A stretch of 64,000 nt of DNA from Spirochaetota bacterium. Lineage in GTDB: Bacteria; Spirochaetota; Spirochaetia; CADAEX01. The translations under genes were made by a program, and so were the position numbers. Every line of letters begins with the position of its first letter. Positions within the stretch are counted from its first letter, which is position 1. Under the pieces are notes generated by a model. That model did no database searches. It saw nothing but the letters and a program-made list of their open reading frames with translations, and was not told the DNA's origin. The stretch lies in contig WQTU01000137.1 in assembly GCA_009786125.1 (NCBI GenBank), positions 1,387 to 65,386 of the forward strand, in the 5' to 3' direction. Positions 48,069 through 57,937 of this stretch are shown here, piece after piece.

Positions 48069-49216
48069 GTGACGGTGCATTGTCCCAGGATGAAATTGAT
48101 GCGTTGATGAGCGGAAGTTCCGGCGGTGGTTTTGATTTTGATGGCGCTGCATCAAGTGATGATGGTTTATCAGAAAATGAAAAACAGACTTTTTTAGGCA
48201 TTATAAATTCGATTATTGACAACCAGTCATCCACACTTTCGGGCATGATGGGAAAGACAGTTACAATATCACCTCCGTCGATAGAAGTTATCGAAGGCGG
48301 GAATATAGCTGCAGGATTTGATGGAAGTTTTGTTAGAATACAATCCTCATTTACAGATGGGGTTCCGGGGTATCACTCCTATTTGTTTACAGATGAAATT
48401 TCCAGGGTAATGGCAGGTCTGCTCTCCGGTCTGGACCAAGTTGAGCTTGATGAAGCTTCTCTTTCTGCTGTAAGCGAAGCTGTAAATACCATAAGCGGTT
48501 CGGCGATGACTGTTTTGGGAGACAAAATCGGAAAAACCATAATGTCTGAGCCTGCAACTGCAGAAATTAAAGATGCTGCTGATTCTGATATACCAACAGG
48601 AGGTTTGGTAAAACTTAATTATCCGATTACAATAGATGATTATCCTCCTGCGGTTTATAATGAACTTTTTGACATTTCAATTATAAAGGAAATAGTAGCG
48701 CAAAGCGCTGCAAAATCCAGTGCTGCAGCTGCAAGCGGAAAGCCGCCTGCTGGCGGCGGAATGCCGATGGGTGGTGGGATGCCGCAGGGTGGAATGCCGA
48801 TGGGAGGCGGAATGTCTCAAGGCGGAATGCCGATGGGTGGCGGGATGCCGATGGGCAGCGGAATGCCGATGGGCGGTAGTATGCCAAACCAGGGATATGT
48901 AAATATTCAGAATGTGCAGTACCCTTCTTTTGGCTCAATGACTTCTTCTTCCGAGCAAGGGAATATAAGTCTTCTCATGGATGTTAACATGGAGATGACT
49001 GTAGAGCTTGGGAGAACAAAAAAACCTATTCGCGAAATACTTAGTATGGGAGAAGGAACAATAATAGAGCTTGACAAGCTTGCAGGCGAACCTGTTGATA
49101 TATTGGTAAACCATAAGCTTATAGCAAACGGAGAGGTTGTTGTAATAGATGAAAACTTTGGTGTTCGTGTTACCAAAATTGTTTCAAACCCAACAGGTGT
49201 AAATGATGTAACATAG
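48065..49216 (+). CDS. fliN: flagellar motor switch protein FliN/FliY (long spirochete form with Gly/Met/Pro-rich linker)
   Basis: N-terminal LSQDEIDALM; C-terminal SpoA domain MEMTVELGRTKKPIREIL..GEG.IIELDKLAGEPVDILVN. Confidence 0.85.
   Translation: MSDGALSQDEIDALMSGSSGGGFDFDGAASSDDGLSENEKQTFLGIINSIIDNQSSTLSGMMGKTVTISPPSIEVIEGGNIAAGFDGSFVRIQSSFTDGVPGYHSYLFTDEISRVMAGLLSGLDQVELDEASLSAVSEAVNTISGSAMTVLGDKIGKTIMSEPATAEIKDAADSDIPTGGLVKLNYPITIDDYPPAVYNELFDISIIKEIVAQSAAKSSAAAASGKPPAGGGMPMGGGMPQGGMPMGGGMSQGGMPMGGGMPMGSGMPMGGSMPNQGYVNIQNVQYPSFGSMTSSSEQGNISLLMDVNMEMTVELGRTKKPIREILSMGEGTIIELDKLAGEPVDILVNHKLIANGEVVVIDENFGVRVTKIVSNPTGVNDVT
48750..48890 (+). repeat. in-frame tandem repeat (about 7 x GGMPMG-like units) inside fliN
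   Basis: ggcggaatgccgatgggtggtgggatgccgcagggtggaatgccgatgggaggcggaatgtctcaaggcggaatgccgatgggtggcgggatgccgatgggcagcggaatgccgatgggcggtagtatgcc. Confidence 0.8.
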
Positions 49217-49243
49217 ATGTTACATAACCGAAAGTCATAAACA

Positions 49244-49252
49244 GGGGGGGGG
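49244..49252 (+). promoter_or_regulatory. G9 homopolymeric tract forming the RBS of fliO/fliZ
   Basis: acaGGGGGGGGGatg; nine Gs counted at 49244-49252 directly abutting the ATG. Confidence 0.7.
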
Positions 49253-49867
49253 ATGACTTTTACAAAACAAATTCTTTTTTTACTCATATTTGTGCTCATG
49301 GCATCTCCGCTATTTGCGCAGCAGACCGATAATCAAAATCAGCCGTTATTTCCCGATGAAACAGAATTCATAATCCCGGATGAAAATGCGCCGGTTAATC
49401 AGCAGGAAAATATTTTAATAGAAAGAAATTTAAATGTATTTTCAATCTGGGATGCTATAAGAATGATTTTAATTCTTGCTTTTGTTATAGCATCTATTTA
49501 CGGGTTTTTCTTTATTATCAGAAAAGCCGGAGTCCAGAAATTCAGGGAAGATGATTTAATAAATGTTATCTCAAGTAAATCTGTTACAGCAGGCAAAACA
49601 TTGCACATTGTTGAGGTGGGCAATCATATAATGCTTCTTGGAGCTGCCGACAATTCCATTTCTACACTTTTGGAAATAACAGATAAAGAGACTATCGATA
49701 ATATCAGGCTCCGTAAGGCTGAAACCAAGCGCCCGGCAGAAAGCAGTTTTCAGCAATATCTTTATAATATGTTTTTTAAGGAAAAAGGCAATAAAACCAA
49801 GAGTTCTAACTCAGGCTGGAGTTTTGATTATTTTAAAAAACAGAGGGACCGTATAGGAAAGATGTAG
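49253..49867 (+). CDS. flagellar biosynthesis protein FliO/FliZ-like (single-TM)
   Basis: Signal/TM then ILILAFVIASIYGFFFII TM; position between fliN and fliP as fliZ is in Borrelia. Confidence 0.55.
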   Translation: MTFTKQILFLLIFVLMASPLFAQQTDNQNQPLFPDETEFIIPDENAPVNQQENILIERNLNVFSIWDAIRMILILAFVIASIYGFFFIIRKAGVQKFREDDLINVISSKSVTAGKTLHIVEVGNHIMLLGAADNSISTLLEITDKETIDNIRLRKAETKRPAESSFQQYLYNMFFKEKGNKTKSSNSGWSFDYFKKQRDRIGKM

Positions 49868-49934
49868 TTTTAGAAATTTGGATAAAAAATTACTGCATAC
49901 TATTTTTTAAAAACAGAAAGCTAGATTTCTTACA

Positions 49935-49943
49935 GGGGGGGGG
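49935..49943 (+). promoter_or_regulatory. G9 homopolymeric tract forming the RBS of fliP
   Basis: acaGGGGGGGGGatg; 14-mer identical to the one at 49241-49255. Confidence 0.7.
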
Positions 49944-50747
49944 ATGAAAAAAAAGTATTTTCTGCTTTGCGCTTTATTATTAATTATAACAGTTGAGGGG
50001 TTTGCTCAGGCAGATGACGGATTACGGCGGCTTAGACCTGCAGATGGGGATCCGCTGACTATTCCATTTGTAGATATAACGGTCAGGCAGCCCGAAACAA
50101 ATGACGAAGTAGCATTTTCCATACAGCTTCTTCTTCTTCTTTCGGTTATTGCACTATCTCCTTCTATTATTTTGTTAATGACCTCTTTTTTAAGAATAGC
50201 AATTGTTTTTGACTTCATAAAGCGGGCATTAGCTTTGCAGCAGGTTCCTCCAAACCAGGTTATTATGGGAATTGCGCTTTTTTTAACGTTATTTATAATG
50301 TGGCCAACGTTTAATACAATTTATAATAACGCATTTGTGCCTTTTGCAGAGGGAGAAATTTCTACAGAAGAGATGTTCAGGGGGGCAGAAGAGCCGCTTA
50401 GAAGATTTATGTTTGCACAGATACATAACTCCGGAAATTATGACAATATCAGGCTTTTTATGAATTTAAGCGGACTTCCAAGACCCAATAATCTTTCAGA
50501 AGTTCCTACCCATGTTCTCATTCCTGCATTTGTCTTAAGTGAACTAACTATAGCATTTAAGATAGGAATATTAATTTTTATTCCTTTTATTATAATAGAC
50601 ATGGTTGTTGCATCAATACTTATGTCAATGGGTATGATAATGCTTCCGCCTATAATGATTTCCATGCCTTTTAAGCTAATATTATTTGTTCTTGTTGATG
50701 GCTGGAGTCTTATAACGAGTAATCTCGTAAGAAGTTTCGGCGGGTAA
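49944..50747 (+). CDS. fliP: flagellar export apparatus protein FliP
   Basis: Signal peptide; polytopic export-gate protein; size and position. Confidence 0.9.
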   Translation: MKKKYFLLCALLLIITVEGFAQADDGLRRLRPADGDPLTIPFVDITVRQPETNDEVAFSIQLLLLLSVIALSPSIILLMTSFLRIAIVFDFIKRALALQQVPPNQVIMGIALFLTLFIMWPTFNTIYNNAFVPFAEGEISTEEMFRGAEEPLRRFMFAQIHNSGNYDNIRLFMNLSGLPRPNNLSEVPTHVLIPAFVLSELTIAFKIGILIFIPFIIIDMVVASILMSMGMIMLPPIMISMPFKLILFVLVDGWSLITSNLVRSFGG

Positions 50748-50758
50748 AGGGGGCTTGT

Positions 50759-51034
50759 GTGGATTTAGGCGTGGTTGTTTACATATTCAGAAATTCTGTA
50801 ATGCAGGTAATGATTCTGGCATGGCCTGTTCTTGGCGTAGGAATGGGTGTGGGGCTTATAGTGTCAATTATACAGGCTACAACATCGCTCCAGGAGCAGA
50901 CTCTTTCGTTTGTACCCAAGATTTTAGCGATATTTGTAATTTTAATTTTCCTTGGACCATGGATGATGTCCAGCCTTAGTGAATTTACAAGTAATATGTT
51001 TAACATGATACCGCAGGTGGCAAGGACAAGATAA
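50759..51034 (+). CDS. fliQ: flagellar export apparatus protein FliQ
   Basis: 91 aa, two TM; GTG start after aaaggggg. Confidence 0.85.
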   Translation: MDLGVVVYIFRNSVMQVMILAWPVLGVGMGVGLIVSIIQATTSLQEQTLSFVPKILAIFVILIFLGPWMMSSLSEFTSNMFNMIPQVARTR

Positions 51035-51826
51035 ATGTTCCTGGAAACCCTTGCGCAAAATACACAATTGTATTTACTCATTTTTGTAAGAATCTTTGCG
51101 CTTCTTTCCTTTGCTCCAATAACATCATCTACTGCAATTCCCGCTATGGCAAGAGCAGCTCTTGCGCTTTTTACGTCAGTAGCAATTTTCCCGATGGTTT
51201 ACGAGTCAGGCTATGTAATTCCTGAAGCCGGGCTTATGTATGCAGCATTGATCATAGGAGAAGTAGGCATAGGTATTATAACAGGCTTTCTTCTTCAGTT
51301 AATACACGCTGTTTTTTTTATGGTAGGGCAGTTTTTTTCATTGCAGATAGGATTCAGTGCTGCTATGGTTTTTGATCCTGTTGAGCAGGAAGAAATACCT
51401 ATTATAGGTCAGTTTTTTAATTATTTTGCAATGCTTATTTTTCTGACAACTAACGGATTTTACAAGCTTTTTCACGCCGGTGTTTTTAGATCGTTTCAAA
51501 GTGTTAATGCATATACGTTTCTTTCGCAAAGAGAACATCTTTATACAATGATTCTTACTTCTATAGGTATGCTTTTTCAGCAGGCTCTTATTATTTCCAT
51601 ACCCATATTAGGCTCGCTTTTTCTTGTCTCTGTTTCCATGGGGCTTCTTGCAAAAGCAGCGCCTCAAATGAACTTGCTTATGATGGGGTTTCCTCTTGCG
51701 ATAGCGCTTGCGTTTTTTATAATACTTATGCTGGTGCCTTTTTTGGTCAGCGCTTTTTCGATACTGATTGATGAAAATTTTTCCAGAGTTTTAGGCTGGT
51801 TACATTTATATTGGGAAGCTCAATGA
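51035..51826 (+). CDS. fliR: flagellar export apparatus protein FliR
   Basis: 6-TM protein directly after fliQ. Confidence 0.85.
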   Translation: MFLETLAQNTQLYLLIFVRIFALLSFAPITSSTAIPAMARAALALFTSVAIFPMVYESGYVIPEAGLMYAALIIGEVGIGIITGFLLQLIHAVFFMVGQFFSLQIGFSAAMVFDPVEQEEIPIIGQFFNYFAMLIFLTTNGFYKLFHAGVFRSFQSVNAYTFLSQREHLYTMILTSIGMLFQQALIISIPILGSLFLVSVSMGLLAKAAPQMNLLMMGFPLAIALAFFIILMLVPFLVSAFSILIDENFSRVLGWLHLYWEAQ

Positions 51827-53004
51827 TAGAAGTAATTGTAGTGGATAACGAAACAAAAAATAGTTCTCTCATTGCAGCATGGATGTTTGAAGAACAGGCG
51901 AAGGATGTTCCGTTTGTTCACCTCCAGTGGTTTGCGCCTGAAGATGAAGGTAAAACAGAAGATCCTACAGAACATAAGTTAAGAAAAGCACGGGAAGAAG
52001 AGGGAAAGGTTGCAAAAACATCGGAGCTCGCGCCTGCGCTGGTTATTATATTTTCTGTAACAGTTATAGCTTTTCTTTCCAGACATATATTTAACACATT
52101 GGCAAATATGCTTATATATTTCTTTTCAGTCTCAACCGAAGTAGATGTAACTTCAAGCAGTAACCTGGTACCGGTATTTTTTATGTTTTTTCTGCAAATA
52201 TATATACCTATTGCAATAATAGCATTTATTGCTTCTCTTATGGGAGGTCTTATGCAGGTTGGGTTTTTGTTTACAACAAAGCCCATAACTCCGGACATTA
52301 GCAAAATTGCTCCGAATTTTCCCAAATGGTTTAAAAGAGCAATGTTTTCAACAGAAGCTGTTTTTAATCTTGGAAAAACAATGGTTAAGATTTTTGCGAT
52401 CGGGCTAATTGCTTTTCTTAATATCAGACTTGAGCTGAACAACCTTTTGCTGCTTTCGGATCAGACGCTGCTATTTTCTCTAAGATATATTTTTACGGTG
52501 GCATTTAAAATTATAATTCAAGCCGCAGTTTTGCTTTTGCTTCTTTCTTTTCCGGATTATCTCTTTCAAAAAAGGCAGCACAAGGAATCATTAAAAATGT
52601 CCAGGCACGATATCAAAGAAGAAATGAAACAGCTGGAAGGCGACCCAAGAGTAAAAAACATGCTTGAGCAGAGAATGAAAGAACTTCTGAGTCAGAATAT
52701 ATCAAAGAATGTACCTTTATCTGATGTTGTTATTACAAACCCGACTCACTATTCCATAGCAATTAAGTATGATAGATTTACAATGAATGCACCTTCTGTT
52801 TCAGCCAAGGGAAAAGATGAAGTTGCCTTAAAAATAAGGGAAATAGCAAAAGAAAATGATGTTCCAATTATGGAAAACAAGCCTCTTGCAAGAGCTCTCT
52901 ATACAGAAGTTGCAGTAGGGGATGAAATTCCTGTAAAATATTGGGAAGCAGTATCAATAATACTATCTGAAGTTTATAAACTTACAGGTAAAACAGCGGT
53001 TTAA
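51823..53004 (+). CDS. flhB: flagellar export apparatus switch protein FlhB
   Basis: LQWFAPEDEGKTEDPTEHKLRKAREEG; NPTH autocleavage site (VVITNPTHYSIAIKY). Start set at the ATGA overlap with fliR. Confidence 0.85.
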   Translation: MIEVIVVDNETKNSSLIAAWMFEEQAKDVPFVHLQWFAPEDEGKTEDPTEHKLRKAREEEGKVAKTSELAPALVIIFSVTVIAFLSRHIFNTLANMLIYFFSVSTEVDVTSSSNLVPVFFMFFLQIYIPIAIIAFIASLMGGLMQVGFLFTTKPITPDISKIAPNFPKWFKRAMFSTEAVFNLGKTMVKIFAIGLIAFLNIRLELNNLLLLSDQTLLFSLRYIFTVAFKIIIQAAVLLLLLSFPDYLFQKRQHKESLKMSRHDIKEEMKQLEGDPRVKNMLEQRMKELLSQNISKNVPLSDVVITNPTHYSIAIKYDRFTMNAPSVSAKGKDEVALKIREIAKENDVPIMENKPLARALYTEVAVGDEIPVKYWEAVSIILSEVYKLTGKTAV

Positions 53005-53021
53005 GGAGCATGAGCTGAAAA

Positions 53022-55118
53022 ATGTCTGATTCAAGAAATATAATGAATACAGTTATGCAAAGCAAAAATGATGTTTTTGTTGCAGCAGGCGTAATTGTTA
53101 CTATAGCAATGATGCTCATACCATTGCCCACATGGATGCTCGATACTTTCCAGGCATTTAATTTAATGTTAGCTCTGCTTATTGTACTGCTTGTGCTTTT
53201 TACCAGGCATACAACCGACTTTTCGGTGTTTCCGACCTTGCTGCTTGTTTTTACAGTTTTTAATTTAGCGCTTAATGTTTCATCCACAAGGCTTATTCTT
53301 GCTCATGGCCCTGATTTTGACGGGCAGCTTATTAGAGCTTTTTCGAGATTTGTTGTCGGAACTGCAGGACCCGAAGGGCTTGTAATAGGATTTATAATTT
53401 TTATTATTCTTATAGCAGTGCAATATATTGTTATCACAAAAGGAGCAACAAGAGTTGCAGAAGTTGCCGCAAGATTTACTCTTGACGGGATGGTGCAAAA
53501 ACAAATGTCGATTGACGCAGAGCTTGCCAGCGGAGCGCTTACCGAAGAAGAAGCAATGGCAAAAAGAAAAAGGCTTCAAAAAGAGCTGGATTTTTATTCA
53601 ACAATGGACGGTGCTTCCAAATTTGTTTCTGGTAACGTAAAAATAGGAATTCTTGTAATATTTATAAATATTATAGGCGGCATGATTGTGGGAATGGTTT
53701 ACCGCAATGAAACATTTGGTTCTGCGCTTGCAAATTATATTTCCTTAACAATAGGCGATGGTCTTGTTTGTCAGTTCCCCATGCTTTTGGTTTCGACCGC
53801 AACAGGTATAATTGTTACGCGATCTATTTCTGACGGCACTTTTGCAAGCGATATAACTAATCAGTTTTCTCAGGTAACGCTAATCTACTGGATCGCTGCT
53901 GTTTTTCTTTTAATAATGGCACTTCTTCCCGGGTTTCCTGCGCTTGTTCTTATCCCAATGGCTCTTCTTACAGGCTTTACAGGATACAGAATTTCCAGGA
54001 AAAAAATTGCAGCAGATGCCATACAGATGGCAGAAAAAAGAGAAGAAAAGCAAAAAGAAGAATCTGCCTTTGAAATTCCCGGAATCGAACCGCTTGACCC
54101 GCTTTCTCTTGAACTTGGCTATGGACTAATTCCGCTTGTAGATAAGGAAAAAGGCGCAGACCTTCTTGAAAGAATAACAAGAATTAGAAAAGAAACAGCA
54201 GCAGAGCTTGGATTAATTGTTCCAAAAATCAGAGTGCGTGACAATATGAAGCTTGAGCCGTCAGAATATTGTTTTAAAATTAAAGGCGTTGAAATAGGAA
54301 AAGCTTTAATAAGATTAAGCCATTATCTTGCTATAGACTCAGGCGGTATAGAAGATCCAATAGCCGGAGAAAAAACAGTAGACCCTGCTTTTGGACTTCC
54401 TGCTATATGGATTAACGAAAAAGACAGGGAAAGGGCAGAGCAGGCAGGGTACCTCGTTGTTGATCCGCCGTCGATTATTGCGACTCATCTTACAGGAATT
54501 ATAAAAAAACATGCAGCGGAAATTCTTGGCAGGCAGGAAGTAAAATCCATAATTGATTCGTTCTCGGATAAATATTCTGCAATTACAGATGAAATTAAAA
54601 AAGGCCTTTCTACCGGAGAAATTCAAAAAGTTTTACAGAATCTTTTAAAAGAGCAAGTATCCATAAGAAATATGGTAGCAATACTGGAAACACTGGTAGA
54701 TTTCTCTTCTCTTTCCAAAGACATAACGTTTCTTACAGAAAAAGCGCGCCAGGCTTTAGGCAGGCAGATATGTCTTCAATATGCAGATGAAGACAAAAAA
54801 TTAAATGTTGTAACAATCAATCCCGCACTGGAAACAAAAATAATTGAATCAAAAGTTGATACTGTTGATGGTTATGTCGCAGTGCTTGACCGGGAGTTTT
54901 TATCTTTATTTATGAATACCATTACAAATCTTTTTATGGGGTTTAGAGACTATAACAAAACTATTGTAATACTCACCTCAGAAGAATCAAGAATTCTTGT
55001 AAGAAAATCTATTGAAAGAGAACTTCCTGGAATAGCTGTAATTTCCGCAAAAGAATTAACAGAGGATATAAAGATAGACGTTTTGGGAGAGATCAATTTT
55101 GAATTTCAGAATACATAA
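53022..55118 (+). CDS. flhA: flagellar export apparatus protein FlhA
   Basis: 8-TM N-domain, FHIPxxxG-like linker, large cytoplasmic domain; 698 aa. Confidence 0.93.
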   Translation: MSDSRNIMNTVMQSKNDVFVAAGVIVTIAMMLIPLPTWMLDTFQAFNLMLALLIVLLVLFTRHTTDFSVFPTLLLVFTVFNLALNVSSTRLILAHGPDFDGQLIRAFSRFVVGTAGPEGLVIGFIIFIILIAVQYIVITKGATRVAEVAARFTLDGMVQKQMSIDAELASGALTEEEAMAKRKRLQKELDFYSTMDGASKFVSGNVKIGILVIFINIIGGMIVGMVYRNETFGSALANYISLTIGDGLVCQFPMLLVSTATGIIVTRSISDGTFASDITNQFSQVTLIYWIAAVFLLIMALLPGFPALVLIPMALLTGFTGYRISRKKIAADAIQMAEKREEKQKEESAFEIPGIEPLDPLSLELGYGLIPLVDKEKGADLLERITRIRKETAAELGLIVPKIRVRDNMKLEPSEYCFKIKGVEIGKALIRLSHYLAIDSGGIEDPIAGEKTVDPAFGLPAIWINEKDRERAEQAGYLVVDPPSIIATHLTGIIKKHAAEILGRQEVKSIIDSFSDKYSAITDEIKKGLSTGEIQKVLQNLLKEQVSIRNMVAILETLVDFSSLSKDITFLTEKARQALGRQICLQYADEDKKLNVVTINPALETKIIESKVDTVDGYVAVLDREFLSLFMNTITNLFMGFRDYNKTIVILTSEESRILVRKSIERELPGIAVISAKELTEDIKIDVLGEINFEFQNT

Positions 55119-55136
55119 AACGGAGCAAGTAAAGAA

Positions 55137-56264
55137 ATGAATTATTTTTCGGAACAGGGCTTAACATATACCGAAGCTGTAGAAAAAGCAAAAGCAAAAT
55201 ATGGAGAAAATATTAAAGTTTTAAGCCATAAATTGGTAATGATTGGCGGTTTCCTTGGCATATTTCAAAAAGAAGGAATACAAATAGACGGATATATTTC
55301 TCATGAACCTTTGCATAAAAAAAACCCAAAACTCGAAGAAGAAAAAGAAAAATTACTGCAGGCTGCAAAAGGAAGCAATGCAATAAACGAAGTCCTCAAG
55401 ACCGTTAATGAAATAAAAAGCAAGCTTGAAGAAGTTTCGCCGCAGAACGAACCGCAGCACGAAAGTTTAGGCAAAATTGAAAAAATACTCCAGAGAAATG
55501 ACTTTTCTTTTTCCTATATTTCATATATAACCGAACAGATCAAAAAAAATATAGCTCTTGATAATCTTAATAATTTTAATTTTATACTTAAAAAAGTAAG
55601 AGAATGGATTAGAGAGACAATAACTATTTATCCGGATAAACCGCCGCTTACAATTCCAAAGATTTTTATACTCGTAGGTCCCACAGGGGTCGGCAAAACA
55701 ACAACCATTGCAAAACTTGCAGCCATAAATGCGTTAGGTATGCAGGAAAAGCCGTTATCTGTAAGAATTATTACCATAGATAACTATAGAATAGGCGCAA
55801 AGGAACAGATCGATAAGTATGGTGAAATAATGAGTGTGCCTGTTGTGTCCGCGGAAAACTATGACCAGCTTAGAAAAAATATTGCGCTCTTTAGCCGCGA
55901 CGTTGATTTAATACTTATTGATACAATAGGCAAGAGTCCGCATGATTATAAAAAGCTTGCAGAGATGCGGGAAATACTTTCTGCCTGCGGCACAACAGCA
56001 GAGTTCCATCTTGCAATAAGCGCTATTACAAAAGTTTCTGATATTTTCGAAATAATGCAGCAGTTTGAGCCATTTAAGTACAGTTCGATTGTTGTAACAA
56101 AACTCGACGAAACCTGCCGTGCAGGAAATATTATAAGCGCTCTTTATGATACGAGAAAACCTGTTTCTTATATAACAACAGGTCAAAATGTTCCTCATGA
56201 TATTAAATATGCTACAGAAGAACTATTACTCGAACATCTTAGCGAGTTTAATACAATTAATTAG
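55137..56264 (+). CDS. flhF: flagellar biosynthesis SRP-type GTPase FlhF
   Basis: [19 protein letters not shown]; DTIG; TKLDET motifs. Confidence 0.85.
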   Translation: MNYFSEQGLTYTEAVEKAKAKYGENIKVLSHKLVMIGGFLGIFQKEGIQIDGYISHEPLHKKNPKLEEEKEKLLQAAKGSNAINEVLKTVNEIKSKLEEVSPQNEPQHESLGKIEKILQRNDFSFSYISYITEQIKKNIALDNLNNFNFILKKVREWIRETITIYPDKPPLTIPKIFILVGPTGVGKTTTIAKLAAINALGMQEKPLSVRIITIDNYRIGAKEQIDKYGEIMSVPVVSAENYDQLRKNIALFSRDVDLILIDTIGKSPHDYKKLAEMREILSACGTTAEFHLAISAITKVSDIFEIMQQFEPFKYSSIVVTKLDETCRAGNIISALYDTRKPVSYITTGQNVPHDIKYATEELLLEHLSEFNTIN

Positions 56265-56292
56265 ATTAAAGTAAAAAAGGAAAGCACTTTTT

Positions 56293-57228
56293 ATGGAAAA
56301 GAAAATGGTAGATCAGGCTGAAAAATTAAGACTCATGGTTAAGGAAAAATCAACTAAGCCTAAGAGGGATAATTCTGCCAAATCCGAAAATCCGGAAAAC
56401 CCCGATAAACCCGAAGAAAAAAAATCCAAGACAAGAGTTATAACCATATCAAGCGGAAAAGGCGGAGTAGGAAAGACAAATCTTGCAATAAATCTTGCAA
56501 TAGCCTATGCGCAAATTGGCAAAAAAGTCGTGCTTTTTGACGCAGATCTTGGGCTTGCCAATGTTAATATAATTCTTGGAATAATACCCGAATTTACCCT
56601 GGTTAATCTTATTAAAAACAAAAAATCGATGAAAGAAATATTAATAGATACAAAATTTGGAATATCGTTTATTGCAGGCGCTTCCGGGTTTTCAAAAATT
56701 GCAAACCTTGAAGATGATGACAGAGAGCGTTTTATTGCTGAAATGCACGAACTTTCATTTGCAGATATAATAATAATAGATACCGGCGCAGGAATTTCCA
56801 ATAATGTGCTTGGTTTTATTGCCGCAGCAGACGAAGCCATAATAGTTACAACGCCCGAGCCAACAGCAATAACAGATGCGTATGGAACAATAAAAATCGT
56901 AACTACAGAGCTTGTAGACAGCAAAATAGCAATTAAGCTCATAGTAAACAGGGTAAAATCAGTTACAGAAGCTAAAAAAGTAGCTCAAAGGGTGGTAAGC
57001 ATTGTAGGGCAATTTTTAAATACAAAAGTTGATTATCTTGGGTATGTTTACGAAGATCCTGTCATACAAAATGCAGTTATAAAACAGAAACCCTTTATAG
57101 TAACAGATCCTAAATCTAAAGCTTCAATATGCTTGAAGCATATCGTAAGCAGGCTTGAAAATATTGAATTTCAGGAAGGAAGCGGGGTTGGGAACTTTCT
57201 AAAAAAAATGATGTCAAAAAAAGGCTAG
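56293..57228 (+). CDS. flhG: MinD/ParA-family ATPase FlhG (YlxH/FleN)
   Basis: Deviant Walker A SGKGGVGKTNLAINLA; DADLGLANVNIILG. Confidence 0.85.
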   Translation: MEKKMVDQAEKLRLMVKEKSTKPKRDNSAKSENPENPDKPEEKKSKTRVITISSGKGGVGKTNLAINLAIAYAQIGKKVVLFDADLGLANVNIILGIIPEFTLVNLIKNKKSMKEILIDTKFGISFIAGASGFSKIANLEDDDRERFIAEMHELSFADIIIIDTGAGISNNVLGFIAAADEAIIVTTPEPTAITDAYGTIKIVTTELVDSKIAIKLIVNRVKSVTEAKKVAQRVVSIVGQFLNTKVDYLGYVYEDPVIQNAVIKQKPFIVTDPKSKASICLKHIVSRLENIEFQEGSGVGNFLKKMMSKKG

Positions 57229-57286
57229 TATTAATAGACTTGACTGCCATACTTTTTTAAAATATTCTTACTAAGGAGGGGGGATT

Positions 57287-57934
57287 TTGCCAAAATTGAG
57301 GAATTTTATTATTATTTCTGCCTCAATCTTATTATTCCTGTTACTTTTGGGAATAATAAGCGGTAATTCGTTCTTAATAGTAATAGGGAGAGCATTTTTT
57401 GGAACAATAGTGCTTTCATCATTGTTAGCAGGGGCGTATTATATAATGAATAAAATTATTTCCAATATCCCCGCAGCCGGCGAAGAAGAAAAGCAATATG
57501 AAAGTGTTGATTCTGATTCCCTGTCCAATAATGTAGATATAGTGCTTGAAAAAGAAAACCCCTTTGAAGAAGAAAATGAAGATTTGGCAGCTTCCGGAGC
57601 CGGTTCTTCATTAAGCAGCAGCCGGCAGATGGAAAGTTCATCGCCAGAAAGCCTTGTCGAAGAAGTAGAAGAAGACACAATCGGAGACATTGGTTCTTTG
57701 GATACCAAAACAACTGATGACGAAGTAATCGAAGTTATGACAGATAACCCAAATAATAATGATTCTTTACCGGCTATTGATTCAGGATCAGATCTTTTTG
57801 GTAACGCAAATGAACCAATATCATCTGTCAGCAGAAGAGAAAGCGAAGCATTGAATTCTCTTGGCGATAATGCAAATCCGCAGGTAATAGCCAAAGCTAT
57901 AAAAACAGTCATGACACGGGATGATAAAGGATAA
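57287..57934 (+). CDS. hypothetical membrane protein with long acidic Ser/Glu/Asp-rich disordered tail
   Basis: Two N-terminal TM helices then a low-complexity acidic region; TTG start after ctaaggagggggg; lies between flhG and fliA. Confidence 0.5.
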   Translation: MPKLRNFIIISASILLFLLLLGIISGNSFLIVIGRAFFGTIVLSSLLAGAYYIMNKIISNIPAAGEEEKQYESVDSDSLSNNVDIVLEKENPFEEENEDLAASGAGSSLSSSRQMESSSPESLVEEVEEDTIGDIGSLDTKTTDDEVIEVMTDNPNNNDSLPAIDSGSDLFGNANEPISSVSRRESEALNSLGDNANPQVIAKAIKTVMTRDDKG

Positions 57935-57937
57935 ATT

